Position numbers and translations under genes: made by a program
Shown: in pieces, positions 13,001-28,400 of the stretch
How the letters are laid out: every line of letters starts with the position of its first letter
Numbering within the stretch: the first letter of the stretch is position 1
Notes under the pieces: model-generated
What the model was told of the DNA's origin: nothing
Databases searched by the model: none
The model's input: only the letters and a program-made list of their open reading frames with translations
Source of the DNA: Paragordius varius
Lineage: Eukaryota > Animalia > Nematomorpha
NCBI GenBank assembly: GCA_964247055.1
Contig: OZ176050.1
Span: 9,982,001-10,046,000 of the forward strand
Length of the DNA stretch: 64,000 bases
Direction of reading: 5' to 3'

Positions 13001-16000
13001 ACACAATATTTTGAAACACAATCAAGATAAATTACGTTTAAAGACAATAAATATTTAAAAAATCGAGATATTTTTACAGGGATAGGTTTATTAATATCCT
13101 GTTTAGCAAACGTATAAACATTGACAAAAGAGTATCGTTTCTTGCCAATCGCCACAGCCAAAATCGATGAAGCCATATCAAATTCCACCAAAGTTATCGG
13201 TAAAGTAACGCGTGTTTTAACATACGATTGTTGTGAGTTTGGTTTAGGGTTTGAGTTTATATTGCTGTTATTGTTTGGTTTTTGTGTGTTTGAAGCGGTT
13301 GTTTGTTGACTATCCGAAGATGAATTGGTATAATTAACGCTGCTTAGTGTAGATTTCCCTCCAGCTGATGTTGGGGAACCACTTGTGTACAACTCTTTAA
13401 CATCGGGAGGCGGTAGAGTATTGGTGTCTAAATAAAAGGGTATTTTTCACTTTGAATTTGAATTTAAAATTTTGAGATGAATCGATATGCTAAGGAAAAT
13501 TTTAATTTGTTGAATAAACGTAAAATTATAAAAAATAGATTCTCTAATTAAAAATTGATAGTTTAATTCTCTCATTATCTAAAAAAATGAGCGGAGGCCA
13601 TGTATGCCAGCCAAAGTTTAATTAATGAACAAAAAAATTTTAGTTTGTTCAAAAAGATGGTTAATTGTGTTAAGATTGTATTTATGGCCAATATTTATAT
13701 TTAATTGGTATCGCTCAAAATTAATAATTAATTCTTTAATTAACAATAAAACAAAATGTCCATATGTCATGAATGTTAAACAAAAATTAATTATTCTGCT
13801 CATATATTTGGGGGTTTAAAATAAGTATGAAATTTTTAAAGTAAAATTATATTAAGTTATAATACCTGGAATGTTTGTTTCTACAAGTTGTGATGGTGTT
13901 TTTTCATCTTTTATTTGGCTATTCAGGGTACGTTCAAATATTTTGTTGGTTTTTAAACGGTAAAGTATTTGCAAATTCACTATAATTAAACATTCAAAAA
14001 ATTGATATTTTAGCATATTATTATATTTTATGAGTCAATAAAATAGAAAAAAATACTTGCAGAAGCATCCCAAAACTTGAGTGTTCCATCAGAATGACTA
14101 TAATTTAAAAAACATTTATATTCTATTGAAAAATAGAAAATTTCAAAATTACGAAACTATACCAAATCGTTGTTTTTATATTTTGGAATTAGGACATATT
14201 AGTAAAAAATGAAATATAAATGATAATGCATTATAAAATGTAAAAATAATTAAGCGTGGTATAAATGCATCTAATGAAATTTACAATAAATTATTTAGCA
14301 TGTATTTCTTTACATAAGACACTATTTTTACCCGGTTAATATGATCTCCTGATAGCTATTCGTAAATTTTCCAAGTTCCCCGCCGTTTAATGGCCAATTC
14401 TAAGTATGATATTATTAAAAAATGATATAGAAAGTTTCTCATAATTTTCTGAAAATTTTAATTTTAAAATAAGCTGTATAAATGAATTCAATATATAAAT
14501 GGCAAATTGATATTAGAATAGTATCAAAATGAACTGAATACCTTTTCACTGTAACCAATTTTCTTTTGCTTCATGCCTACGCTATAGAGTTGAGATATGA
14601 GTTGAGGGTTGGGTGGATCAGCAAAGTATTGAATGAGCGTAATGGGATTCTCATGGAGATCAAGGGCAAATGGATTCTCAAAACACGGATAACTAAAGAA
14701 AAGGTATTTGGTTATTTTTTTTTATAAAAATTAGATGACTATCTAATTATGAAAAGAATTGTGAAAAAAACTAATGTTATTTGTAGCAAAAAACCTATTT
14801 CATTTTCAGAATTATAAATACTTATAAATCTTATAGAAGATTATTGAGCAAACATTGAAACTTTACTGTAAATAATTAAAAAAATGATTACATTTAACTA
14901 TTACAAATGTAATTTACAAATACATTTGAATCTTTATGATAATCAACTAATTTTAAAACGCCATAATGATACAACACATAATAGCCACTTAAAAAATATT
15001 GCTGGAAAAAAACCTTTATTTTAAGGTTTAAAAAATATTTTTAACAATCCCTTTTATTTAAAAGATGAAAAATGGCAAAAAAAGATTAAAGAAACAACAT
15101 ACCCCTGGGAAGTTAAATCTATAAGGACCAAATCATTCGTAAACAAAACGGCTATCGCTGTTGGTTCAGTAGATTCTACGTTATAATATTTTTTTCAACT
15201 TATAATGTGTCATTTACAATAAGAATAAAAAAAATAAACTGTCATTTTTTTTTCAAACGATTACATAATGAGAAACCTATTTTATTCGTATAAGCAAAAT
15301 TATATGCTAATTATCTTTAAAAGACTTCAAAAAAACTTCAAATGTCATACTTAACGATTATTAAATATGGTAAGTAAAATGTAAATTTTACATTGGTAAA
15401 GAAAGATAAAAATCGATTTTACATCATTCATTTATGAAATTGAACACAAAAAAACAAAATTCATGTGTAAAATTTTTTAAAAGGATTAATAATATAAATA
15501 TTTTATAAAAATCATTTTGCAAAACTTGAGTATATAAATAAACCTGCTGCAAAAGGACTTTTAGCTAATGCAAAAAAATCAATAATATGATGTTCCATTT
15601 CTAAGACTGTCGTAGATTTACCCTGCATGATTGTAATTGTTGGAACGTTGAGAGTTAGCCCACCCGAAAATATGATCAAATTTTCACTAATACACACATA
15701 AATAATCGTGCAAAAAAAGAGCATTGAAAAATTTTGACTAATGTGACAATTTATTACATAAAAGTTAGTTAGGGTTAAGTATGATAATAAAATAAATCTA
15801 TTAATTTATCCAATCAATTTAAAATATTCGAATATATTTTATTAACACAATACAAAATATTTCTTAGCATTCATTGGCGGTAAAAACTATTATTGATACT
15901 ACTTTAATATAAAAAATTATATATATAGTGACAAATACAAACCCAGATTTGGTGACACTCCAATCAACTTTATCGATAGGAAAACATTTGTCCAGTTTCT

Positions 16001-16378
16001 CACTAGATCGAGCTAAAAGTGATATATTATAATTTAGTTTATTAATTTTTGATTTAATTATAGAGCATAATTTAAATAAGAAAATTAAATAAATTATTTA
16101 CCATGTGGAAAACTTATGGAAAACGGTTTTGTGTTTTGGAGTTTGTTGTTATTTGTAATGTACCAGGTTAATAAACTTCCATCGATGTGACTTGACATGA
16201 AAGATTTACCATCGTAATGCCAAGAGACGCTTTTTAGGGGCTAATATAATATTTCATGAAATATAATGTTTCGAAAAAACACACATAAATAATAATAAAA
16301 ATTTATATATAGTTGGCCCATAAATCGCACCGATCGTAAAAAAAGATATAACTCAAGTTAAAGAATATTTTTTTCAGT

Positions 16379-16437
<59 letters not shown>

Positions 16438-19400
16438 CCTATTTTTAAAAAAAATAAAAAATAAAAAACAAAAATTATTTAGACACTCACTATAATAGCT
16501 CCACTACAATTTAACGAATCCCAAAAAGTAAACCTTATTTATTAATCTAAAAAGTGCCTGTTAATCAGCCTAAACTAATCACTTTATATGAGTTATTTTT
16601 TAAAAACAAAGGAGGCTACTCTACATAAAAAGTTGTAAATTAATCCAATAATATATGTATATAAAAATATATATTTTACTACGGAATGATGAAATCGAGC
16701 ATCGATACTTTTGTTCCGTAAATCCCACAAAACCATACTACCAGTTTCGAACCCAAGGAGGAGCTATCATTGAAAGAACATACATAAATTGACATGAAAA
16801 ATACATTTTAAAATATTGAAATTTAAATTTTTGGCATTTTTAGAATGGTTGATAAAATTGTTTTATGTATATAATTATATAAAATTACTTTATTTGGATC
16901 TATTGGGTTATCACTTATATGTACGACGGCACCAGGGTGCAATTTACTCATTCTAAACATATACATTAAATTGACCAATGTAATTTAACAGTTGTTAATA
17001 TTTTATTGTGTATATATAATTAAGTAACAGCGTTTTCAAATGGGTAATCATTTTAATTAAAATTGGCGATAAAAATTTCTAAGAATTATCGTAATAAATT
17101 ACAACATATAATTTTATCCTTACAAAAATAAATAACGGAAAAGACAACTAAAATAGTCATAAATAATCTACTTTGCCCCTATTTAACAATATATTTGACA
17201 AATTGATATTATACAAAAAATAGAAAAATAATTGACTAAGTTTTAAACATTATTTATCATACAGAATATATCTTCCACAAAAATCTTCATTCCATAGATT
17301 TGAAAAAATTATATTTAAAAAAAAGAACAAAAACAAAAAAAGCATGAGACATACATATCAATAGTTTTATTCCAATTTATGACATAACCAGACAGCTTAA
17401 AATTGTCAATGTTAACAATGTGGATATTTCCTTTCTGTGTTCCCACAAACAGCCATTTACTTTGAAACGGTAAATGCACAAAAGTAATCCTATAAAAAAG
17501 ATAAATTGTAAATGTGAACCATAAATTATAAGGGATTTATTTGATTTTAAAAATATGATATTTGTAAAATGTATAGAAATCGCATAAAAATTATATTATA
17601 AGTTTGTAAAAACTTTTTGTTCCAGCAAAAATAGCATATATATTCTATAATTTGTGGGAAAAAGTTAAACAATTTTTAATTAAATTTTTAAAAGCAACAT
17701 AGTATGTCATAAATTTAAAACGGTAATAGGATTTTTGTATACAGTAGCGTATGGCATAAAACAATATTAGTCCATAAAGGAATCGAAAAGTGTTTTTTAA
17801 ATAAACAAGGGGATATTATGGATATGTGTATATACAACTAGGCTTGTTTTTTTAAAAAAACATTTTTTAATTCTATTATGGACTAATAATGTTTTATGCC
17901 ATACGCTACTGTAATATATATAATATATATGTTTAACATGTCATTCAAGCAACAGTAAGATGCTCAAAAAATATTTTGTAATCGATTTGCTCTGTTGTGT
18001 TTCCTGCTTACCAGATTTTTTTATAATTATATTTTAATAGAAAATTTTTATTTTTAGTTTTTTAAAAATATGTCAATTTGCCTAAATAGCAACTTTTGAT
18101 TCATTCAAGATATTTTTTATTATTTCATATGAATCAATTGGTCCAAAAACATCAATTATATATTTTTACATTTAACGGACCGCATCAAATTTCGTTTTTT
18201 ATATAATACGAGCAGCTTATTTTAGCATTTGTAGATAGAGTTAATCAAAAACAAATTTAAAAAGAATGTAATATATCGATTTTAAAAATGTAGTACCTTT
18301 CACGCTGAAATTTAAGGGAATGCGTGATGGTTGGTGGATTTTGTTTCAAGTTCCATACATGCAACGTGTCATCGGTACAGGATGAGATTAAAGCACCCTT
18401 AAAAATTATTAATAATAAATTAAAATATTTAATTAAAATCTATTTACATTTACTATTTCTAAAAAAACATATATAGGTAAGGAGCCATATAATTGTTTAC
18501 CACCTGTTAAAATTTAAGCTTTTTACCTTATCCTAAAAATATTTTGAGATGAAAAATTTACCTTACATATATTAATTATTTTGCGGCAAAAAAACAAACA
18601 AAAAGCAGGACAAAAGTTTTATTAACAACAGAAACTTTAATGACTACAAAAAAAACTAATAAAAAATTTTCATTACTTTTCACACATCATAAAGCATAAA
18701 AATTATCAATTTGCCTATATATTATACGAGAATCACTTATATTAAAAACTAATGAGGTAAAAAAAATAAATTCACAATTCATCCTTTATTAACACGTAAT
18801 TACTATTATGCGGTCTATGCGCTAATTTGGCGAAAGCGAATAACTTTTTTTTAGTTTTTATTACAAAAGTAATCTGTGTGCCAGAAATTATTTTTGAACA
18901 AAAAAATAGGATTGACAATTATGGTAGTCGGTAGTAATATAATAATTCTTAATTAAATTTTTTTTCTTTCTTGCTATTACATAATGAATCTTGCGGCTTA
19001 CAGCAAGTAATTTTGTGCGCCGAAAACAATCCCATTACACTAGTTACTCTTATAAATATATATTCTAATATAACTTTAATACATTTGGATTAACATATAG
19101 TAAAAAATGGCTCATGGAATAATATACAGTAAAGAACGGTAACAAACAACATAAATGGTAAATTAAACGTTATTTTTCTTATGTTTTAACAATACTTTGG
19201 TGTTATAATTATGGACAAATTTTTTTTCATGCTATACGCTACTGTATGTGCATGAATATTATGTGGTCGGTGTATATTAATCTTATTTTCGAAAACCAAA
19301 AAGAAAACAAATATATAATCTAATTAATCCAAAAATATTAAATAATTCATGTATTGTTACAAGAGACCGCGGGACCATATTTTCTACAAAGAAGCTTTAA

Positions 19401-22400
19401 TGCAATCAGTTTGTTTGGTGATATATTAAAAAATTGTATAATATATTATTTAATTAAAAATGTCCATTTAGTCACATATGTGGCCAAGATTTTTACTGCA
19501 ATGCAAAATACGAAGGATTTTAAGATACCATTCTATACTACTATATATTATGGGATAAAAATTGTGTAATTAATCTTAATTAAAGAGCGGTTTTTTTCTT
19601 TTCTCGTTTAAGAACAAAAGGATTAGAAAGAAACGAAATTATAAGAATACAGTAGCGTATGGCATAAAACAATACTAGTCCATAATAGAATAAAAAATGT
19701 TTGCTTTAAAAAAACAAGGGGTTATTATGGGTATGTGTGTATACAACTAGGCTGTTTTTTAAGAAAAACACTTTTTTATTTTTTTATCGACTAATAATGT
19801 TTTTGATATACGGTGCTGTACTAACAATTTAGATTTTTTTTATGATTTTTGTGCAAACTTATTACGATTTCCTTAGTATATAAAATGTAAAGTAGATGCC
19901 CAAATACGGTTTATACTATTTGGTTTTGGATTAATGTACACCAAAATTTATAGCTAATTTTTTGAAATGCAATTAATTTTATTTTTGGTGGTCTAATCAG
20001 CCTGATTGATGAAACATCCTAATTTTTAAAAAGGTTTTGATGCCGGATATTAGCGAATTTAAATATATTTTTCATATACTGCGTATATGTTTTTAACCAT
20101 TTTTAGATAGTTTTACTGCGATCGTCAAATATTCTTAATGTATCAGAATAGAAATTCGTTTATAGGTTTATTTGAAGTATGTTATAATTCCCTTCTTGCA
20201 TGTCTTTTTACATAAAGAACAAAAAATTTACAGCCTATTTTCTTATACTGTTAAACTTGTCCTCACCTAAATGCCATTTAATTACATATTTCAGCTCATT
20301 AAATACCATATTTATGAAGGTTAGCATAAACCTTATCTAAAGATGCACACCATATTAACATTGAATATATATATATATATATGTTGATAACTATGGGATA
20401 AAAGAGGAGTAATCTATCATTATATAACTGGTTGATTGATTTTCATCCCCACATTTATGGACGCAATATATCAACTAGGCTGAAAAGTTAATTTGAAGAA
20501 AAAAACAGCATGTTGGTGTGGCAGAAAAACGCATTAAAAGACAATTTAATTTGTCACACAAACTGTGTGATGATTAAATTAATATTATATTATTATCTAA
20601 CTAAGAGTATACATGTGCTAAAAAACAAATTAGCAGGGAGAATGTAAAAATTGAAATCGTAAATTGCACATCTTTGCCTGCTTCTCCTTCAGATATCTAT
20701 GATTAATGTGCCAGTAGCAGCCTATGTATGTTAAGGGATTTAATTTTACTCCTTACAGTTATATAAACTCAATTTGCGTTAACTCTTTTTTGGACGAAGG
20801 GACATCCTAAACCATTTATCATTATATACATATATACAAAATTCTAGGAAGTGATGTAGATAGGATCTTAGATACGGTAACGTATGATGCAAAAAAACAA
20901 ATGGTCGCAATTTAACTATTCGTTTCTTATATTTAACGTTATTAATGTTGTTGCTTATTTAATTATGGCAAACTATTTTTTTAAGTCATACTGTACCATA
21001 TAGAAGTTTATTCAAACAAAGCTATAATTTTGTGTAAAATTTATCATTTTTCAACAAATTTTTTAGTGAACCTTTTCAACAAATATATATATGTATATAT
21101 ATGCCTACCTCGTTAATTATGAACAGGATTTGTTGGACGGATGCAAGTGTTTCATGTTTAATATCAATGTCTACTCCAGGTTTTCCCAATCTAAAATTAT
21201 AGTTTAGCATCATAATATGAGTAAAAATACAGAAATAATAATTATAAATGTCAGAAATTGTGTTATGTTATAGTATGAAATATGTGGAAATGTCATAATG
21301 ATAGGAGACACGAGTGTTAAAACTCAATATATTGACCAAAAAATCTGAAACATGTATGTATAAATAAAGAATTAAAAAAAATTTCTCCTTGCCTTTCCTC
21401 TGAAATAACGACATTTAAGCCAAAAATTCCAGCTCTTTATACTGTAATATATTTTCTGTGTCATGCATTCCTAGTAACAAATATATATATATATTAAAGA
21501 TAAAATACATCAATTACAACATTTTATGATTATTCAATCGTAAGCATCTTTCACCATATTCATTAAGGTGGCATAGTCCATAACATTTAACTGTAAACCC
21601 ACCAAAAGTTGACTCCATTATTAATATAAAATAACAAGTCTCGGAAATTAAATATAAAATAAATTTTGGGCTTAAGAGCGAATATTAATGTATTAGTATA
21701 TAACACTAGACAACAAATTTTAACTTTTTTTAACTGCCATTCTTGTAAATTTAAAATTTATTTCATTAAAGTACATAATTAGTATATATGAAAAGAAAAT
21801 TGGTCTTACATGGAAGAATTTTTATATATTAGAGTTTATCGATAATTTTTGGCCCCGATTTAACATTAAACTCGAAATTTCAAAAATTTAAAGTTTTAGA
21901 TATGAAGCCATGTATTTTATATCATTCGAAAGAGAGCAAAAAACTGCATCTTTTAAATGGTAGTAAGTCATTTAAATCCATCGGATGTAAAAGTTATTTG
22001 GATTTAAATGGTCAAAATTTTCAATCCTTAAATAAGTCAAGAATTTTCACAGACAAACTAATTTGAAAATCATATAAATTATTTTAATATAATTATTAGA
22101 TTTATATTAGTATTTAATTTAAAAAAAGTTTGGAAAAGCTTTTGGTTTGCTTTTTTAATAAAAAATATTATTATCATAAATATTTTACCTAGTGGATACT
22201 AAATTGCATAGTTATAACTGTAAATTTATTACATAATGGCTATAAAAGATCAAAAATACCTTAAACTTTGTTTTTATCTTTAAATTTTCGAAATTATCAG
22301 CCTTGTAAAGAAAATAAACTAATATTGATGAGATGGTAATTTTTAAAAAACAAAAAACTTAAAAATGGCTGTTTTGAGTGACATAAAAGCAATAAAAAAA

Positions 22401-25400
22401 ATGTTTTAATCAAAAAAACTTTCTTGTGTTACTTTTTTGGATATTCATCACCATCTAAACAAAGTTTGAGCTATTTTCATCCATTAGTTTTAAAAATATA
22501 ATAATTAAAAAAAAATGCTCTCGCTTCGCGCGTTTGTCGCTCTTTGTGTCCAATATTAACTGTCGATGTAATACATATTAGTATACATTTTATAGAGTTT
22601 TTAATACTCTTTCGAATGATATATTACAAATGGGCATTACTTGTATATTTTTTTAAAAAAAAACATTTTTTAGTAAAATTTTGATAAAGAGGGCGCATAA
22701 TCTAAAAAATCAAATTATACAAAAACAAAAGTGCTTTTTTATGGCCCTTAATTATTCAAAAGATTTTTTGATGTACTTATTTGGAGTATATATTTCTGCA
22801 AATGTGTCAAATACTATAAAATTTTATCGGTATTATGGTCCCTGAGACAAGAAAAATTTTTTTTGGCCCTTTAAAAATTTTTGGTAAGTACCACTGATAA
22901 ATATAAACATATCAATTTACGTGCATCTTAACAATTATAAACCAAATAACTATTTAATATTGTCATTTTATTTCTTAGTTTTTATTTAATTTTTTATCCC
23001 AGTTATTATATGAAGAAGTTTTTACAATATTATACACGAAATATAATAAATATTATTATTATTATCATATTAATATTCGTTCTTAAGCCCAAAATTTATT
23101 TTTTTAATTTTAAAGATGCGACTGAAAACCCCCAATCAAGGTCTCTGAACTAAAAGATATCTAAAAAAGGCCTGTCGCGGTGTCGCTTAAAGTCCCTATA
23201 CTAATGGCATATCTATGATTGCAATAATATTGAAAGAATTTCTATTTTTTCCTAATATAGATAAATTATTAAAATAGATGTGATTTGGTGGTTTAAAGAA
23301 CTGTGAGTTTCAACAAAAAGAATCAATGTTTAGAAATAAGTAGGGATATTTCGGTACTTATCTATATAAAAAATCACCAAAATTATGATAATGATTGTTA
23401 AAAATTCAACAGACCAAAACCAAATAAATAGAAATTTGCATCTCAAAAGAATTTCACCACCTAATAATCGTTTATTGATGCGAAAATAAAATTTTGTTTG
23501 AGTTCCATAAATAATTGAATTTGTTTTGGTATAACAGGGATTCTTTAACATGGTAACTTTTGACAGGCAACACAAAAAAATATTATTAATTTGCACAATA
23601 AAAGTTTAACCTTGACTTTGACTCTGGAAGATGGTTGGATGAATACATGCAGTCATTATATATAAAAATAAGTCTAATATATGGTTCAAGCGCATTTATA
23701 ACCAATGTGTCATTTATTCATTGAAACATAATCCAAAAAGTTGAATTTAAATAGCTTTTTAATTTATTTGATGTGAACTTTTTTTTAGTTCGTTTAATCT
23801 GAAAGTTGGAGGTGTTTTCATATGCAATTTCGTATATATACCATTTGCAGTTCAATTTCACCCTTAAACAATTCAAATTCACCCTTGAACAATTCAAATT
23901 CACCCTTGAACAATTCAAATTCACCCTCGAACAATTCAAATTCACCCTCAAATAAAATATATCTTTTTTAAGATTTAAAATTACCTATATTTTATATATT
24001 TTTCAAAAATAAAAGTTTTGTTTTAAATTAAAATAATACTGAAAAAATAATAAATTATACCATAAACATATATTTCATATCAATAATGAATTATACTAGT
24101 TCAAAAACACATAATTTATTTTTAGGGTGAATTTGAATTGTTCAAAGGTGAATTTGAATTGTTTAAGGGTGAATTTGAATTGTTCGAGGGTGAATTTGAA
24201 TTGTTCAAGGGTGAACTTGAACTGTAAATGGTATATCCAAACACATCTTGTAAAAAATTTTAATGAAGTATTCTTACGTGACTGTTTCATTGAATATTTT
24301 ATCATTAAATAAAATTTATGTTGTGACGGAAGATTCATTCGATTATCGTTTTTATTACAGTAAAGAGCGAAATATCATTGGTTATAAGCGTCTTTTGATT
24401 GGTGAAATGAGGTTAATGTTAATACTGCTTATATAAATTATATTCTTAACCTATTATTATAAACACCCTTTTATCCAATAATTCTAGCATTTAACCAATA
24501 ATGAATACGCATATCATTAATTAGACTAAATTTAGTAAAAAAAATTATTCACTAATTATAGGCTTTAAATTTTTTGAACAAATTAACAATTTTTGTTTAA
24601 TCGATTTAAAAGCTAACATTTAAGATATTTTAAACTTTTAAATCAGAAAATTTGATTATATTAATTTACCGATAAATAGTGATAAACCTCTAATTGTCTA
24701 CGCTAGTTTAAGTTTTTGATTGTTTATTTTTAAGGGCCGTTACAGTCACGTATGTAGTATTTATAACCGACCAGACTTGACCCTAATTACATGCATCTTA
24801 CGGTAAGTATTAAGTTATCAACATTTATTTATCTAAAGATTAAACAGCAAAAACCGTAAACTAATTAATTTTTTAGGATCATGTTGAAAATTTTAGATTT
24901 TATATATCTGCACAAAAAAAATGCCAAAGTTAATTGAAAAATTAAAGCTATTAGCATTTCAAAAGTAAAAGCCGTAGCTTTGCCATAAACAAAATTATTA
25001 TTTTTATAACTCACAAAAGTTTTTTAATTAAAAATATGCTGAAGCATAACGTTTTTCGCGAAAAAAACTCACAAATTTAACCTAAACTTAATGGAATGTC
25101 AAAGCGAGAATTCATTCAATATTACTAAATTTAATATCGAAAGCGGGATTAAAAAAGATCAAAAAATCAAACTATTAATTTTTGAGTATTATTTCAAAGA
25201 TGATGCATAGGTTAGGACCGACTATTGACTACCCACCATTTTTTTAAGTCATAAAAAAATATTATTTAAAGTAAAGTCCAACATTTGAAAAACAAGTTGT
25301 CGCCGCTTAAATGTCCTTGAATTCAATTAAAAAAAAACTTTCCTGAACAAGCATATAATAAATAACCATTTTATTGGTTAATTATTTGTAAGATAATAAA

Positions 25401-28400
25401 TATCTCTCATAAATTACAACAAATAAGTTAATGAAAGCCCCAAAACTTTGATGTTGTAACAAAAAGTAATGATAGGAAATTACTTTGAAACAAATAAAGG
25501 CAAAGTTATAGTTTTACGGCAATAATAAAACAATTAAACATACTTAAACTTACTTAGTCTTAAAAACGTTTTGTTGTAAATTAAAGCTCTAAGAACCACA
25601 TCATTTTATCATAAATCAAATTTTTTTATGATACATATAGAATAAAGGACGAATAATTCAACAAATTAGTTTGTACTATAACGAGCACAATTATAGGCCA
25701 TATCTGTATTTTAAATTTAAATGGCTAAAAAAGTATTTTTGTCAGCAGTCATGCATTAGATTTTTCATTTTACAGTATGAGTAATTGTATATTGTTAGAA
25801 TATTAATTATTGCCAAATAGCATATGCAGCAAAGAGAATTATTATTGGCTAATAATAATAAAAAGTGAAAAACTAAAGGCCAATAATACTGCCCTTTGTT
25901 TCATATGCTATTTGGCAATAATTAATAATTTTCTAGCAATGTATACTGACTCATACTTTATTAATTACATATTAAATATATAACACTGCATATTTTTCCC
26001 ACAATTTTCAAAAATGTAACTAAAAATCTCACATATGGCTGGCAACTTACTGACATGTAAATTAGCTATTTAAAATACTATTCATATGGCATATAACAGT
26101 ACTCTTTGTATAACTTACATTCTAATAGCACCGTTAGATGTGCCGATGGCAATCAAATTTTGGACAGGATCATAGGCTAAGCAGGTAGCGCCGTGTGGGA
26201 ATCCTTGTTTAATGGTCTATAAAAGAAATATAAATATCAGTATATGTTTCAAATAAACGGATAAAAATTTTTATTAATACAATATATTAAACTATATAAA
26301 TTGTTCAGCTTATTCACATGGCCAAATTTAAGTTTGTTTATGGCCCTATATTAATCCATTACCTTTTGGGGTTAGTTTTATATCAGTGAGCGATTTCAAA
26401 TTTGAATATCTTAAAAAGTATTTAAGCTATTAAGCCGAATTTAAAATTATGCTATTTAGGCGCATTATATAAAATTTTTTTTTAAAAAAATGTAAGATTG
26501 CAACTTTTCCGCCATTTTTTTTTATATTTTTTTTATGTAGCTAATGCAACAGGCAAATAGATGTATATTATGGTCAGATGTCTTTAAAAAACTTTCAGGC
26601 CCAGCAAAAACTTGATATATTTTGATTTTAATATCAGGTGTTCGTTTTAATCGTATTTTGAAGCTGTTCCAATTTTAGACTAACTGTAAAAAATATAAGC
26701 TTACAACATGAGAATATTTGATAATTATAACTAAAATAAATCTCAATACACTAGTTTATTAAATTGAGCTCTGGGATATAAAACTACCCCAAAATGTAAC
26801 CTAGGACAAAAAAGTAAATAAGGAACTATTAACTTTCTTCTACATTAAATAGTTTAACAAAATTTCCTTTAAAAACCCGTTGATTTTTCGAGGAAAATGC
26901 CTACGTTTAAAATGTAATAGAAAGAGCTAATATTATGTATGTATTTAAAATTTTGTATTTGAAATCGTTAACTGTATATAAATAATAGGTTTTCTTTCGT
27001 TTTTATAATAATTTACCAATAAAAAGTGAACAGCATTGTAATCGTGGCTATTTTAATCACAAAAACCAAATAATATGTTTAAAAAAACCAAATCTAAATA
27101 AAATTTAAAACTCTAGTTACTTATTTAAGTGAAACTATTTGCCATTTTTTTACAAAATAGATAAATACCAACGGCTATATTATATATATATATATATCTC
27201 GACGATATAAGCCAAAAATATTGATACATTACTAATACGATAATAATGATTGATTAATGTGTTTAAATATTTTATTAGATGTCTTGGAGTATAACCAGGT
27301 AATAAAATTATCCTAAAATGAAAGCTCCTCAGTTAATACTATTAGATAGATTCTTGAAATCGTATCAGCACTTTTAATTCAACCTATATGTAAATTCAGC
27401 AATAATTGATATTAAAACATGAATTTTCAATCCCTACTAGTATTTATCGAAGGTGAAAATAAATTAAATTACATATTTAAGCTCAAGAATGAATCTGATT
27501 TTTGTATGTATAAGAGGCCATTATTAACTAATAAATAAAGAGAATAATTTTTTTCCTATTGCATTCAAGGGTAGGGACTTTCCCAGCGCTCACATTTATG
27601 AGGTGAAAAAATGGTATATAAGACAGGATAGAAACTCTGGCACACTTGTACACACATAGTTTATGAGCCTAACGCTTCTCTGAAAACAATTTATTATTAT
27701 AATTGTTCCTTTAGCCCTTATCGTTTTCATTGATAAACCTCACATAATATTATTGTAAATGACTAAATATTTCACACTCAAATAGTGTTTGTTACTCATT
27801 ACTATTCATATATTCAGTATCACTTCCCTAATTCTAATATCACTCTTAGATCAAATTGATGATGTATTATGCATGCATGTATACACTATATGCAAATCTA
27901 AATGGGTGTCATATAAGAAAACTTGGCAGAATACATATAGCACTTATTTATAAAGTGAAAAAAAACTTATAAAAATAGAATATTAAACTTTTTGAAGAAA
28001 AATGACAAAATCACCAAATCAAATTAAATTTGCTTTTTTATTTAAGATAACATAAGAGACACGCCGATTTTCAAGAGAATATTAATAACCAATACTATAC
28101 GGATTATTTTAATTATCATAGAAATTTGTAAAAAAGTAAAAGTTAACAAATATTTCCCTTCTCGTCAAAATAAAAAGATAGGCATTTAAAACAACTTTAA
28201 AAAAACTTAAACAATATTCAAGGTTATCCTTGACAATTTTAAAATGACATTTCGTATAAAATGTGATGAGAAATGTTTTCTTGAAATAGTATTTTAAATC
28301 AAAGATATAAAAATTTCTCATTCAAAAGCACTGGCTTAACGTTTGCAAAAGAGCATACAAGTATGAAATTTACAATGCTATTCAAAAAACTCTTTTAAAA

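Noticed and set aside
23847-24225. CRISPR-like regular repeats
   Set aside because: Units are head-to-tail with no spacers, there are no cas genes, and the context is eukaryotic.
23718-24338. ORFs with RVNLNCS / FKFTLEQ heptad repeats
   Set aside because: They are translations of the 21-bp DNA array in the foldback element, open on both strands, with no gene context.
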